From Chloroflexi bacterium ADurb.Bin180 (GTDB taxonomy: Bacteria > Chloroflexota > Anaerolineae > UBA2200), in assembly GCA_002070215.1 (NCBI GenBank), contig MWCV01000002.1, forward strand, positions 34,952 through 98,951: 64,000 bases of DNA, written 5' to 3'. Positions 30,601 through 37,276 of the stretch are shown in pieces. The notes under the pieces are model-generated. The model was given only the letters and a program-made list of their open reading frames with translations, searched no databases and had not been told where the DNA came from. The position numbers and the translations under genes were made by a program. Each line of letters opens with the position of its first letter. Position 1 is the stretch's first letter.

Positions 30601-33600
30601 AGCAGACAGGGTCATTGTAGTGACTGGCCCTGCCGTCACCTCGACACTCGCCACTGCTGTCAGAGTGCCGCCCACCGTGGCACTGACGATGCCTGTCCCA
30701 CTCAGCCCGCCAGAGGTGAACGTGGTGGTAGCCGTCCCCGTGCCGGCGAGGGTGGTGTTTGAACTCGGGAACACGCTGCCAAGCGCATTGCTGGTGAAGG
30801 ACACCACGACACCCGGCACTGGATTGCCGTACGCGTCCTCAACCGTCGCCGTGATCACCGCTCTATCGCGCGGTGTATCACAACTGTTGGGTATGGCCAG
30901 TGGCCAGCTTTCCACCGAGATGCTGGCTGGCGCGCCGGCGGTCAGAGTCACAGTGGTTGTGTACTGCGCTATCCCCGGGTCAGGCACACCGCCGACGATG
31001 GCCACTCCGGCGATCGTACCGGCCCGCAGTGTCGCATAGGCCTTGCCACCGCCAAAGCCGGCGGTCGTCGGGTAGATGACCGTTGCCAGGTCGCTGGTAA
31101 AGGTGATCAACGTTCCATCGAGAATGTTGTAGCCGCCGCCCTGGCCCGTGGCCGTGATCGCCGAGGTGGCCATTCCGTCGGCCGGGATGGTGCTCGGCCC
31201 CGCCTTCAGGCCTACCGTAATGGGCGGCGAAGACCAGACACTCGCAGCGCTACGAACGTCCCTCGGTGTGCTCGGGCCCACAGTCACCGTGTTGTGACCC
31301 CACCAGTTGCCTTCGGCGTGGGTCCGTGTGATGAGCTGGTTGTTCAAGCCGAACAGAGCATTGCTGTAGATGCTATTCCCGTGAATCAGAGGTGCCGTAA
31401 CAACCAGCGTCGAGCTGATGTAGATGCCATGGCCAGCGTTGCTCTCAATCAGGTTGCTCTCCACCGTGATGGGAATCGAGCAGTCGAAAAGGTACACGCC
31501 TGCCGAATTGGTGCGATTGCCTTCGGCGTTGCTGGCGGCAGCGATCCTGTTGAGGCGAACAACACTGTCACTAGTGATGCCAATCAGGGTTAGTCCGCCG
31601 CGGTTGTGGTTTGCGTCGGGCGCAGCGCCATATCCGTCCAGCCACCCCTGGTTCGTGTTCGCTATCGTGTTCGTACCGACGGTGACACTGGCTCCGCCGC
31701 CGCCGTTGACCAGGATGCCATCCCAGAACACGTCGTGAACGTGGTTGCCATAGATGCCATTGTTGAGCGTAGAGCCACTCAGCTCAATGCCCACGTTCTG
31801 CAGGTCATAGATGTGGTTGTTGTCAAACGAGTTCTGGTTGCCCGTGTTCAGGCGGATGCCCACACCCAGGTTGTTGTAGACGGTGTTGTAGCACACCGTG
31901 TTGTAGGACGAGTTCTCCAGGTAGATGCCATTGTTGCCCAGAGTCACATCGTTACTGCAGATGGTACTGGTAAAGACATAGCTGCCGCGGACACCATAGG
32001 TGGTGTTCGACTCGAGCACGTTGTTGGTGATGGTTGCAGCCAGGACGCGCGGCCCGGGGCCAACTCCCGTGCCGCGCAGGTAGATACCTGTCTCAAAGTC
32101 GCGAATCCTGAATCCACTGATCGTGACATAGTCCGCCCGGTCCACATAAAAGCCCCTGCTGCCAGCGGCATCCGTGCCCACCACCAGCACCGAACTGGCG
32201 CCGCTGCCAAGTAGGCTCACCCGCTTGGCTACAGTGACTGACTCGGCATAGGTGCCTGGCAACACGTGTACGGTTCCATTGGCCAGCACACCGTTGACGC
32301 CGCCCTGAATCGTATCATAGGCGGTATAGTTCCAGATATGGCCGTCGTTGCCACAACTGCTGCAGTAGTCATCATCGACCCAGACTTCAAGGGGGCCAGG
32401 GAAGCTGACCGTTGTCTGGCCTGTGGGCCAGCCCGTGGACGTTCCCGACACCTCAGCCTGGATTGCCGTGGCGCGAACGACCGCGACACCATTGCTCGAG
32501 GGCGCCGTCAGAGGGACGCAGACAATGCCGCCGCTGGATACCGTTCCGGAGCGGAACGCATCCAGCCACACTCGACCACTGCCAGCGTGCTGAATCCGAA
32601 TGATGTGGGGCCCCGGCGTCAGTGAGACGCTCAACTGCCGCTCGACCAGCCATTGCAGAGAGCCGCTGGCAAAGTTCAACGTGGTTACATACGAGCCGTC
32701 AATGATCACATCGGCCTGCCCGCCGGTCGTGTTGGTCGGATAGATCAGTGATACCGCTTCACCGCTAAAGCTCCAGGTGACTTCGTCGCCAGGGTTGTCA
32801 GAGTAGATGTACGCCCCATTGCTCGCCGAGCCCGAAAGGGCGGTAGGCCAGGTGCCAAGTTTCGTCACCCCGGCGCTTTCCGCTTCGGTATAGGCATAGT
32901 CCACCGAGCCAAGCGATGTAGTGATACCGATCATTGTGTCATCGACGACCAGATTGCCGTAGATGTCGGTGACGGTGATGCAGATCGAGGCAGTTGAGAC
33001 GCCATCAGATGGCAGCTCTGTCGGATCGGAGGATACGGTGACCGTGTACGGAGGTCCAGAGACAGACGGCGCGGTGCTGCGTATCCAGCGTACCGCATCA
33101 GCACAGGTGTCTCCGGCACTCGACGAATTCAGCTCGACGTACTCTCCGGTTGAGGCACCGGTGCCTGCCTTGAACGGCCACACGCCCAGAGGGTACCACC
33201 CCGACGGATCAAAGTCGGCGACAACGTTGCCATCCGCATCGAGCGACTCGTCCACATACACGGTGGCCGTGCCGCCATTGTAGTGGACCGTATAGGGCAC
33301 GGCCGACGGGCGCGCGCTGTGCACGCTCCAGTGAGCCTGCACTTCATAGTAGCCGTCTTCCGGGATAGGGCTGGTCACGCACGGCGAAAAGACCGCAGTC
33401 TGTGTCAGCCAGCTAGTAGTCTCATACCGATAAGAGCCCGCGTAGCCGCCCGCGGTGCCAGTGTTCCACTGCCCCGGGGGCGCATCGCTGTAGCAGGATG
33501 TCGCTTCATCGACCACCACGGGCGGGAAAACCGGGGTGGCTGTCGGCGTAGGGGTCCTGGTCGCGGTATTGGTAGGCGTAGGTCCAATCGAGGTAGCAGT

Positions 33601-34548
33601 AGGTGTTGGACTGGCGGTTGGCGTAGGGGTCGGGGGCGAGCCACTCCAGTCAACGATCAGCTCTGGCCTCTGGTCTGCCAGTGCCCATTCTGAGCTGCAG
33701 TAGTAGTTGATGCGCTGATTGTCGGACCCGATCAGTACAAAGCCCTTGTTAGCCGAAGGATTCGTCACCCAGTCCTGAACCTGGGCTGTAACGTCCCAGT
33801 AGTGCCACTCACCTTCCGAGTTCACCGTCACGGTCGTAACGGGCGTGAAGGAATAGTCCGTAGCCATGTCCTCGCAGCCCTGCACGCCCCAGAACGTAGA
33901 AGCGGTGGCCTTCTGCCAGGACGCAGCGACCTCGGTCCACGGCCGAACGACCTCATACGCACCGATTCTCAGTGGTCCAACCAGGTTGCGGTCAAAGCAA
34001 TACAACCCCAATCTGGCGCTGAGAACGGTTGCCGAGTTGGGAATGGCGGCTGGAGTGAGGTCAAAGTTCAGCAACGCCTTGTAGGCGCCATCCTGGCCAA
34101 TTGCCAGACGCGGCTCCCCTCCGGGTGCCTTGGTGGGGTTCCACTTGTTCAGGTAGGTATCAACCATCCCCGTATAGGAAGGATTGGGGTAATTGCCATA
34201 CTGGAACACGACGGTGCCGCCCAGGGCAGCCGAACTGGCGTCTCCAGCAGGAAGGACCTGTGCCTCGGGCAGGTCGCCGGCAGCCACAGGGGAGGTCATC
34301 AGGCGCAACACGAGGGCAGGACCGGCGAACAGGAATCCCAGACACAGCACAAACACCAGCAAAGACAGAGCAAGGCCGTGAGAACCGGATTCCTTGCCTC
34401 TCGAGAGGCGCGACCTGGCGCGTGCAGCCGAAGGTCTTGCTCGCACGTCAGCACCCACCGAAGAGCGGAAGGGTACTGGCCGGGTCACAGTGGGACGCAC
34501 GTCTGGTCCCGCATCCGAAGGGGTCAGTCCGAAGGTCGTCTGGTCCAT
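21652..34548 (-). CDS. Giant membrane-anchored surface protein (~4,300 aa): N-terminal cytoplasmic tail plus one TM anchor, DNRLRE/CBM-like beta-sandwich, three tandem super-modules (Big_1 domain, R module, parallel beta-helix, then Big domains), DUF11 repeats, six C-terminal Big_1 domains
   Basis: Continuous 12.9-kb ORF. I chose the ATG at 34546-34548 (MDQTTFGL...) with GGGAGG 9 nt upstream; the ORF-track start at 34623 overlaps the -10 of the upstream promoter. Hydrophobic anchor LALSLLVFVLCLGFLFAGPALVL. Three beta-helices begin VWVDDD..C..CGNDGH.W and end GNWWG(H/R)N. There are many Big_1 segments (DG.STS.ITATV.D..GNPV). DUF11 segment: VGYPEQIPPNELVTFTLYYTNAGATQGTAAVVTDTLP. Confidence 0.85.
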   Translation of the reverse strand: MDQTTFGLTPSDAGPDVRPTVTRPVPFRSSVGADVRARPSAARARSRLSRGKESGSHGLALSLLVFVLCLGFLFAGPALVLRLMTSPVAAGDLPEAQVLPAGDASSAALGGTVVFQYGNYPNPSYTGMVDTYLNKWNPTKAPGGEPRLAIGQDGAYKALLNFDLTPAAIPNSATVLSARLGLYCFDRNLVGPLRIGAYEVVRPWTEVAASWQKATASTFWGVQGCEDMATDYSFTPVTTVTVNSEGEWHYWDVTAQVQDWVTNPSANKGFVLIGSDNQRINYYCSSEWALADQRPELIVDWSGSPPTPTPTASPTPTATSIGPTPTNTATRTPTPTATPVFPPVVVDEATSCYSDAPPGQWNTGTAGGYAGSYRYETTSWLTQTAVFSPCVTSPIPEDGYYEVQAHWSVHSARPSAVPYTVHYNGGTATVYVDESLDADGNVVADFDPSGWYPLGVWPFKAGTGASTGEYVELNSSSAGDTCADAVRWIRSTAPSVSGPPYTVTVSSDPTELPSDGVSTASICITVTDIYGNLVVDDTMIGITTSLGSVDYAYTEAESAGVTKLGTWPTALSGSASNGAYIYSDNPGDEVTWSFSGEAVSLIYPTNTTGGQADVIIDGSYVTTLNFASGSLQWLVERQLSVSLTPGPHIIRIQHAGSGRVWLDAFRSGTVSSGGIVCVPLTAPSSNGVAVVRATAIQAEVSGTSTGWPTGQTTVSFPGPLEVWVDDDYCSSCGNDGHIWNYTAYDTIQGGVNGVLANGTVHVLPGTYAESVTVAKRVSLLGSGASSVLVVGTDAAGSRGFYVDRADYVTISGFRIRDFETGIYLRGTGVGPGPRVLAATITNNVLESNTTYGVRGSYVFTSTICSNDVTLGNNGIYLENSSYNTVCYNTVYNNLGVGIRLNTGNQNSFDNNHIYDLQNVGIELSGSTLNNGIYGNHVHDVFWDGILVNGGGGASVTVGTNTIANTNQGWLDGYGAAPDANHNRGGLTLIGITSDSVVRLNRIAAASNAEGNRTNSAGVYLFDCSIPITVESNLIESNAGHGIYISSTLVVTAPLIHGNSIYSNALFGLNNQLITRTHAEGNWWGHNTVTVGPSTPRDVRSAASVWSSPPITVGLKAGPSTIPADGMATSAITATGQGGGYNILDGTLITFTSDLATVIYPTTAGFGGGKAYATLRAGTIAGVAIVGGVPDPGIAQYTTTVTLTAGAPASISVESWPLAIPNSCDTPRDRAVITATVEDAYGNPVPGVVVSFTSNALGSVFPSSNTTLAGTGTATTTFTSGGLSGTGIVSATVGGTLTAVASVEVTAGPVTTMTLSAAPTTLPANGVALSNLTVTMVDCLGNPIPDGELVGFTTTLGSIVNYAFVEAESSVVMTSTGWSGVNDPTASGGRYLNSTTPGAAASWVFRGEGVALRYRRFGSGGVMRVRIDAGAPIDVDTNGAGAWVERVIATGLSPYVDHVIEVTVQSATIRLDAFRSGPVSSGGQALAQLKAPALAILSPTETHTATVYATERIGHLPLTDLVVTTTVIFGQGDVVWVDDDWVGLPNGTVVTLPGYVGGGSASIGSDAFDTIPGGVQGVKTNGTVRVLAGTYPLPVVVTRTMHLVGDGSSSTFIQGAGSGTGVVVRRPGDGVTIDGFTIRDFGLGVYLDGRTANHIDGFQFVNNALINNATGAITATFVDKGYFADNEIYAGSGYGIDLYNGNTPSFIGNRFHDIGGFGLRTRSTTGALISHNSLQNLGWNGIVAGDSSSNTSVVSNIIDTTNLTLSGLGFNEGGIVLYNTTNSVVEYNKVFGVGTAGGSNDTAGLWIGGSDSGSSASYNQFLNNVNDGVLLWAFNVGAPPVLHCNHIYGNGRFGIRNQVAAPPIVDATGNWWGRNTPTTGTSAPRDIYRPPVNVDYDPRIRVLLAPSAPTVLAGGPSIVITATACGGGCCMLDGMPITLTTSLGQLGAPPGPVAVSALNGGWTIVAFKPGTVAGTAVITGYVANHGVVTTSVQILPLAPATISVTAAPNRIRVGETSVISAEVRDIYANPVSPGTPIYFDTTLGTLVPISSTVFGGGVATTTLHAGIIPGRAIVGAYSGFVADFADVQIIAGSPYTITSLTANPPSLRANGLDTSLITAIVLDQYGNLVPDLTMVGMTTTHGSLYRYVEAEAAEVISSTGWTAFPDGTASGGWYIRTATVAASVYWNFRGEAVSVVYYQDGVGGVMRVRIDGASPVDIDTNAIPGWREQVIAADLDPNVSHQLEIVCQSGVVRLDAFRAGAAVVGGQAKATLTASMLPPVNARIIATGIDIPGVARVVGTFPTRTLIVPFLQPKEVWVNPAYCDICPNDGHQWGYDAFSTIPPAITAVASWGTVHVADGVYSGGITIGKPIYLDGAGSGGTTHLVGSGSGNGILVTASADGSTIEGFAISNFGFGMFLDGRLANPLNGITVTNNVISGCATGAFTATFVNDGVVADNAFRDCAGFGADLNAGNRNRIRNNHIFEVGGFGLRVTGVAGSASDNVVELNRVHGIAFDGIRIGSNTLNTSVLSNTIMSTNRSTGGGFDLGGLALNGTTNVHVEGNVIAYVQNAGGLLPDAAGIGLDGSNVGPVILRNWIRDNVNHGIYLTSLGYTAGAPLQLHGNSIYANGKFGIYSNVTTVAADAEGNWWGHNSPTSSPSASTVPRDVFTGLGANVDYTPPIRLDIARAPTEIPADGVSTSSVTLTMRCATCTPVYDVLDNTVITLTNSLGSFGTPPVQRLTSSGRAYAALQSATVVGRSYITATTPFQSVYTWVDFVAGPAVTITLQANPPQIWPLGLEPPGFTSTATITVTAVDQFNNPCAGHTATFAFSPLGTASMSPLSRVLKPNGTHWTTLKAGTIAGTIWVTATVDGEEGVLGVDVMSGPPSSLVLERSPVAIPADGVSTAILTATVRDANGNLVNTGTMVGFETDLGSMLHDLVEAEGPEVDRSVGDWSPPTFNANASGNNFIYTDNPGAWVSWEFRGSAVSVMYRRGVGGGQARVFVDGDEKALIDLSAGSTMWRRETVVNGLNPSVLHTVRVECVTGRVWLDAIRSGATTVNGVATALLTSAQDCSTATVTATAVESRYEVGIGEVLIRQAEVEFLCTDLMISKVGYPEQIPPNELVTFTLYYTNAGATQGTAAVVTDTLPSLLTYVGSTSRPNVGPPQNPTDNIWVWSLGNLQPGVSGAITVTARHACEPFLGEVSNDAEIKSLTVEDQDGENLASKSVVLTAGPPFTMTITATPANILVDQSSAVRIVVYDACGNPVAGRVVNITTTIGSLNASDVVTNVTRTSDSHGRVNLTFYSQNSVGAARITATTAGVLAETTVWINVGPPAETVLVANPAAIPADGISTSTIVARVLDSGGYPSPDGYFVGFTTSLGSMIYGYAEESALTQQPPSSWTSTADGAASGGAYRMTSLDGASMYWNFHGNGVSIMYIRAPGDGWADVYLDGANLLGDINMGGSVTFRAERVFTWAGDPTEAHVLRITHRPGTGPIRIDAVRSGMTTSGGEAVAVLTAATHVGTAIVAGVTVSDTAGIVPVLIPGYVNVRFGPADLSVTKSIQPASSIEIGQWITFSLDIRNNGPMTATATTLDDLISDSVLSTDWLLDTWFSRAPLVISPGTNFWWSLGNMAPGEQLSIQFGGRINTARYWPAATVITNTATVDSSTADTAGANNVGRANATIVPSEPVTMTLYASPSFVYVGGDTSSLYATLRDVYGNPAPDGTMVTFFASLGGFPGSSVVTIPTSGGTAVATLTSGPSAGLADITASAGALHATTQVLIRPLGAFTMTLMAMPTAIPVGGSTSVIQANVVDMYGNWVEDGTAVSFATNAGFVSPAVDYTVSGGVTTILASGNSAVTATVTASCGAAVRTVNVRFLPGPGLVSIMAHPLVLPVGNSSQITVTARDEFGNPVLDGTVISLTTSLGWFKDSLITRTFTTTVGGRGVVGLYSTVAGRALVQAKVGANSAAVMITFEPGPPHTIRFRSVEPAIIDGCGGTGLATVVVEDRYGNPVKDGTVVVFDVTPQGDVEPIDGGRTLNGVAQAIISSGRVPGPATVWAWPENWRNSVVGTYAITFLVGPPDRIEANAEPPRVPVGGNNAAIRIRVFDCGNYPVTDGTVVTFTLLSGGGSLTPRTTTTANGRAVATLTSPNETGSASVRIEAGARQATVVVEYVPGPVFDILVTANPLSIAANGVTTSTVEAELRDRYGNYVADRTAVVFSTDLGSFPGGGAFTTATIGGRARAILTSSAIPGMARVAATAGGKRGEAFVDFYYQPTPTPTLPPQRIWKTSLPVILKWR

Positions 34549-34621
34549 GGGATGGGCCTCCCTGTTCGTGAATGGTCGCGTCCTTCGATTGCTTGAGGTG
34601 TCGCTGCTTGGGTTAACAGCC

Positions 34622-34651
34622 ATTATAGCACTACCTTGTCCGCTTTGTCAA
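34622..34651 (-). promoter_or_regulatory. Near-consensus sigma70 promoter for the 4,300-aa gene (minus strand: TTGACA-18-TATAAT)
   Basis: The complement of TTGACA is at 34646-34651 and of TATAAT at 34622-34627. The predicted TSS is ~34615, giving a ~65-nt leader to the ATG at 34548. Confidence 0.5.
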
Positions 34652-34820
34652 AGCACCAGAATAGGTCAAGAACGAGACGGGTTGGAGCAGAGAGCTGCTT
34701 ACCAGTATACCATAACTCCGGGAACCAAGAGGGTCGCAAGACACGCCGAGAGCAGGGTGCCCCCTCCCTCTGTCGTTGATGACGTGACATCGTGCAAAAA
34801 GGATACGTCGCCCGTCGCCG

Positions 34821-34850
34821 TTGCCGTCCAGACGGCAAGCCCGGTATAAT
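34821..34850 (+). promoter_or_regulatory. Promoter for the FemAB-family gene (TTGCCG-18-TATAAT), divergent from the giant-gene promoter; the mRNA would be leaderless or nearly so
   Basis: TATAAT at 34845-34850 ends 9 nt before the ATG at 34860. There is no SD between them. Confidence 0.35.
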
Positions 34851-34859
34851 GGCTGAACC

Positions 34860-35945
34860 ATGGAGATCCGATCCTCGCTGGTCAGTGCATTCGATCCCGT
34901 ACAGTGGGACGCTTTTTCAAAGGAAGCAGAAACCGGCCACCTGCTTCAGTCGTGGGGCTGGGGAGAACTGAAGGCGCCCTTTGGCTGGCTGCCCATTCGT
35001 GTAGCCGTTCTGGAGCACGGGCACATCGTTGCCGCCGCCCAGGTCCTTTGCCGCCACCTTCCGCTGGACTTGGTCACACTAGCCTATATGCCACGCGGGC
35101 CAATGTTGAGCCAGCCGCTCTCGCTTCGTTCGCCTGATTCCGAGCTAATCGAGGCCGTTCTGGCGACCTGCCGGCGCCGGCGCGCAGTGATGCTCAAGCT
35201 AGAGCCAGAATGGCGAGACACAGAAGTGGCCCGTCAATGGATGTCTGCCTGGCGGCTCTCGGCGAGCAGTTGGTCAGTGCAGCCCAGGCGAACCGTACTG
35301 GTCGACCTCCGCCTGGACGAAGATGATATTCTGGCTCAGATGAAGCCCAAGACCCGCTACAACATCCGCCTTGCCGAGCGCAAGGGCATCGTCGTTGCGC
35401 AGGGGACCGCCGACGACTTGTCTGACTTTTATCGGTTGCTGCGCGTGACCGGCGAGAGGGCCAGTTTCGGGGTCCACACCCTCGATTACTATCGTCGCGC
35501 CTGGAGCCTTTTCCGCGAGCGCGACAGCGTGGCTTTGTTCCTGGCCAGGTACTCCGGGCGCACGCTGGCGGCAATTCTGGTCATCGCCTGGGGCAAGACG
35601 GCCTACTATATGTATGGCGGCTCCTCGGACGAAGAGCGGCAGCGCATGCCCACTTATCTCTTGCAGTGGGAGGCGATGCGCTGGGCCAAAGCAAGGGGCT
35701 GTCAGCTCTATGATCTGTGGGGCATTCCCGATGTCGACGAGAGCAAAGTCGGTGAGGATATTCAGGCCGCGGAGGCCAGCGGCGTCCTCAGTCACGGAAT
35801 GGGTGGGCTCTACCGCTTCAAGCGCGGCTTTGGTGGCCAGGAGACCCGCTACATCGGCGCCTGTGACGCGGTGCTCAATCCCGTTCTGTACCCCCTGATG
35901 ATGGCGCTGCGGACGCACCGCAACCAGGCACAGCAGGCACAATGA
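34860..35945 (+). CDS. FemAB-family peptidoglycan interpeptide-bridge transferase (aminoacyl-tRNA-dependent, FemX/FmhB-like)
   Basis: FemAB signature N-terminus FLQSWGWGELK, with two GNAT-like halves, at ~360 aa. Confidence 0.75.
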   Translation: MEIRSSLVSAFDPVQWDAFSKEAETGHLLQSWGWGELKAPFGWLPIRVAVLEHGHIVAAAQVLCRHLPLDLVTLAYMPRGPMLSQPLSLRSPDSELIEAVLATCRRRRAVMLKLEPEWRDTEVARQWMSAWRLSASSWSVQPRRTVLVDLRLDEDDILAQMKPKTRYNIRLAERKGIVVAQGTADDLSDFYRLLRVTGERASFGVHTLDYYRRAWSLFRERDSVALFLARYSGRTLAAILVIAWGKTAYYMYGGSSDEERQRMPTYLLQWEAMRWAKARGCQLYDLWGIPDVDESKVGEDIQAAEASGVLSHGMGGLYRFKRGFGGQETRYIGACDAVLNPVLYPLMMALRTHRNQAQQAQ

Positions 35946-35957
35946 TCCGCGAATAGA

Positions 35958-35987
35958 CAAAGGCGAGGCCGGCCGGCCTCGCCTTTT
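35958..35987. terminator. Bidirectional rho-independent terminator between the convergent FemAB and ino1 genes
   Basis: AAA-GGCGAGGCCGG/CCGGCCTCGCC-TTTT. Perfect 11-bp palindrome flanked by an A run and a T run. Confidence 0.65.
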
Positions 35988-36014
35988 CTGTTCACATGTC
36001 TGCCTGAATCGCCC

Positions 36015-37085
36015 TTACTTGCCGGCGATGAAATCCTCGGTCATCTGTCGCGCCTTCTCATCCGGATACTGCGCGGGAGGAGACTTCATCAGATAGGCCG
36101 ATGGGCCGTACAGAGTGCCACTGAGGCCCCGCTCGAGGGCCAGCTTGCAGCAACGGATGGCATCGACCACTACCCCCGCCGAGTTGGGTGAATCCCATAC
36201 CTCAAGCTTGCACTCGAGATTGAGCGGCACGTTGCCAAACGTGGTGCCTTCCATACGAATGTAGCACCATTTGCGGTCGGTAAGCCACGGCACGTGGTCG
36301 CTGGGGCCAACGTGTACATTCTCCGGGCCCAGACCATAGTCGAGCATGCTGGTGACAGCGTTGGTTTTCGAGATCTTTTTCGATTCCAGTCGTTCGCGCT
36401 CGAGCATGTTGTAAAAGTCCGTATTGCCGCCAAAGTTGAGCTGATAGGTGCGGTCGAGGTGAACGCCACGCTCGCGGAACAGCGTCGTCAGTACCCGATG
36501 GGTGATCGTCGCACCGACCTGGGACTTGATATCGTCGCCGATCATGGGCAGGCCGCGGTCCCTGAACCGCTTCTGCCAGTACTCCTCACGCGCGATAAAG
36601 ACAGGAATGCAGTTCACAAAGCCGCATCCGGCCTCCAGAATCTGCTCCACGTACCATTTGGTGGCCATCTCGCTGCCCACGGGCAGGTAGCTCACCACCA
36701 CATCAGTCTTGGTTTCCTTCAGGATGCCCACTACATCAGACGTTGGTCCGGGCGCCTTGGTGATGATCTCCTTCAAGTACTTGCCCAGACCATCGTGGGT
36801 CATACCTCGCGACACCGGCACCCCAAGGTGCGGCACATCGCTGAACTTGAAGGTGTTGTTGGGCGAGGTGAATATGGCCTCGGAGAGGTCCTTGCCCACC
36901 TTGTTCACATCGATGTCGAATGCGGCACTGAACTCGATGTCGCCAATGTGGTAGCCGCCCAGTCGTACGTGCATAAGGCCTGGTACGAACTCGTCCTCCG
37001 GAGCGTTACGATAGAACTGCACGCCCTGAACCAGTGAAGACGCGCAGTTACCTACACCAATGATCGCTACCCGAATCTTGCCCAC
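36015..37085 (-). CDS. ino1: myo-Inositol-1-phosphate synthase (short bacterial/archaeal type)
   Basis: [28 protein letters not shown]-binding N-terminus, closely similar to actinobacterial Ino1. 356 aa. Confidence 0.88.
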   Translation of the reverse strand: MGKIRVAIIGVGNCASSLVQGVQFYRNAPEDEFVPGLMHVRLGGYHIGDIEFSAAFDIDVNKVGKDLSEAIFTSPNNTFKFSDVPHLGVPVSRGMTHDGLGKYLKEIITKAPGPTSDVVGILKETKTDVVVSYLPVGSEMATKWYVEQILEAGCGFVNCIPVFIAREEYWQKRFRDRGLPMIGDDIKSQVGATITHRVLTTLFRERGVHLDRTYQLNFGGNTDFYNMLERERLESKKISKTNAVTSMLDYGLGPENVHVGPSDHVPWLTDRKWCYIRMEGTTFGNVPLNLECKLEVWDSPNSAGVVVDAIRCCKLALERGLSGTLYGPSAYLMKSPPAQYPDEKARQMTEDFIAGK

Positions 37086-37276
37086 TGCAGTGACACTCCT
37101 TTTCGGTTGGATGACAGAGGGTAGACTGCCACGCCGAACACGGATCTGCCCCGCGCGGCAACCCGAGTGGCGAGTTTACAGCGAATGGCCTCGAGCAGCA
37201 AACGACAGCGCGCAGTGCCCCTCATCCGATTCTTGCCCCTCGCCGATAGAGGTATAATCTCGGTCAGGAGGCGTCT

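Noticed and set aside
34549-34623. ORF-track start (ATG 34623, MAVNPSSD...) for the 4,300-aa gene
   Set aside because: That ATG lies inside the TATAAT -10 of the best promoter and has no SD. The ATG at 34548 has GGGAGG at ideal spacing.
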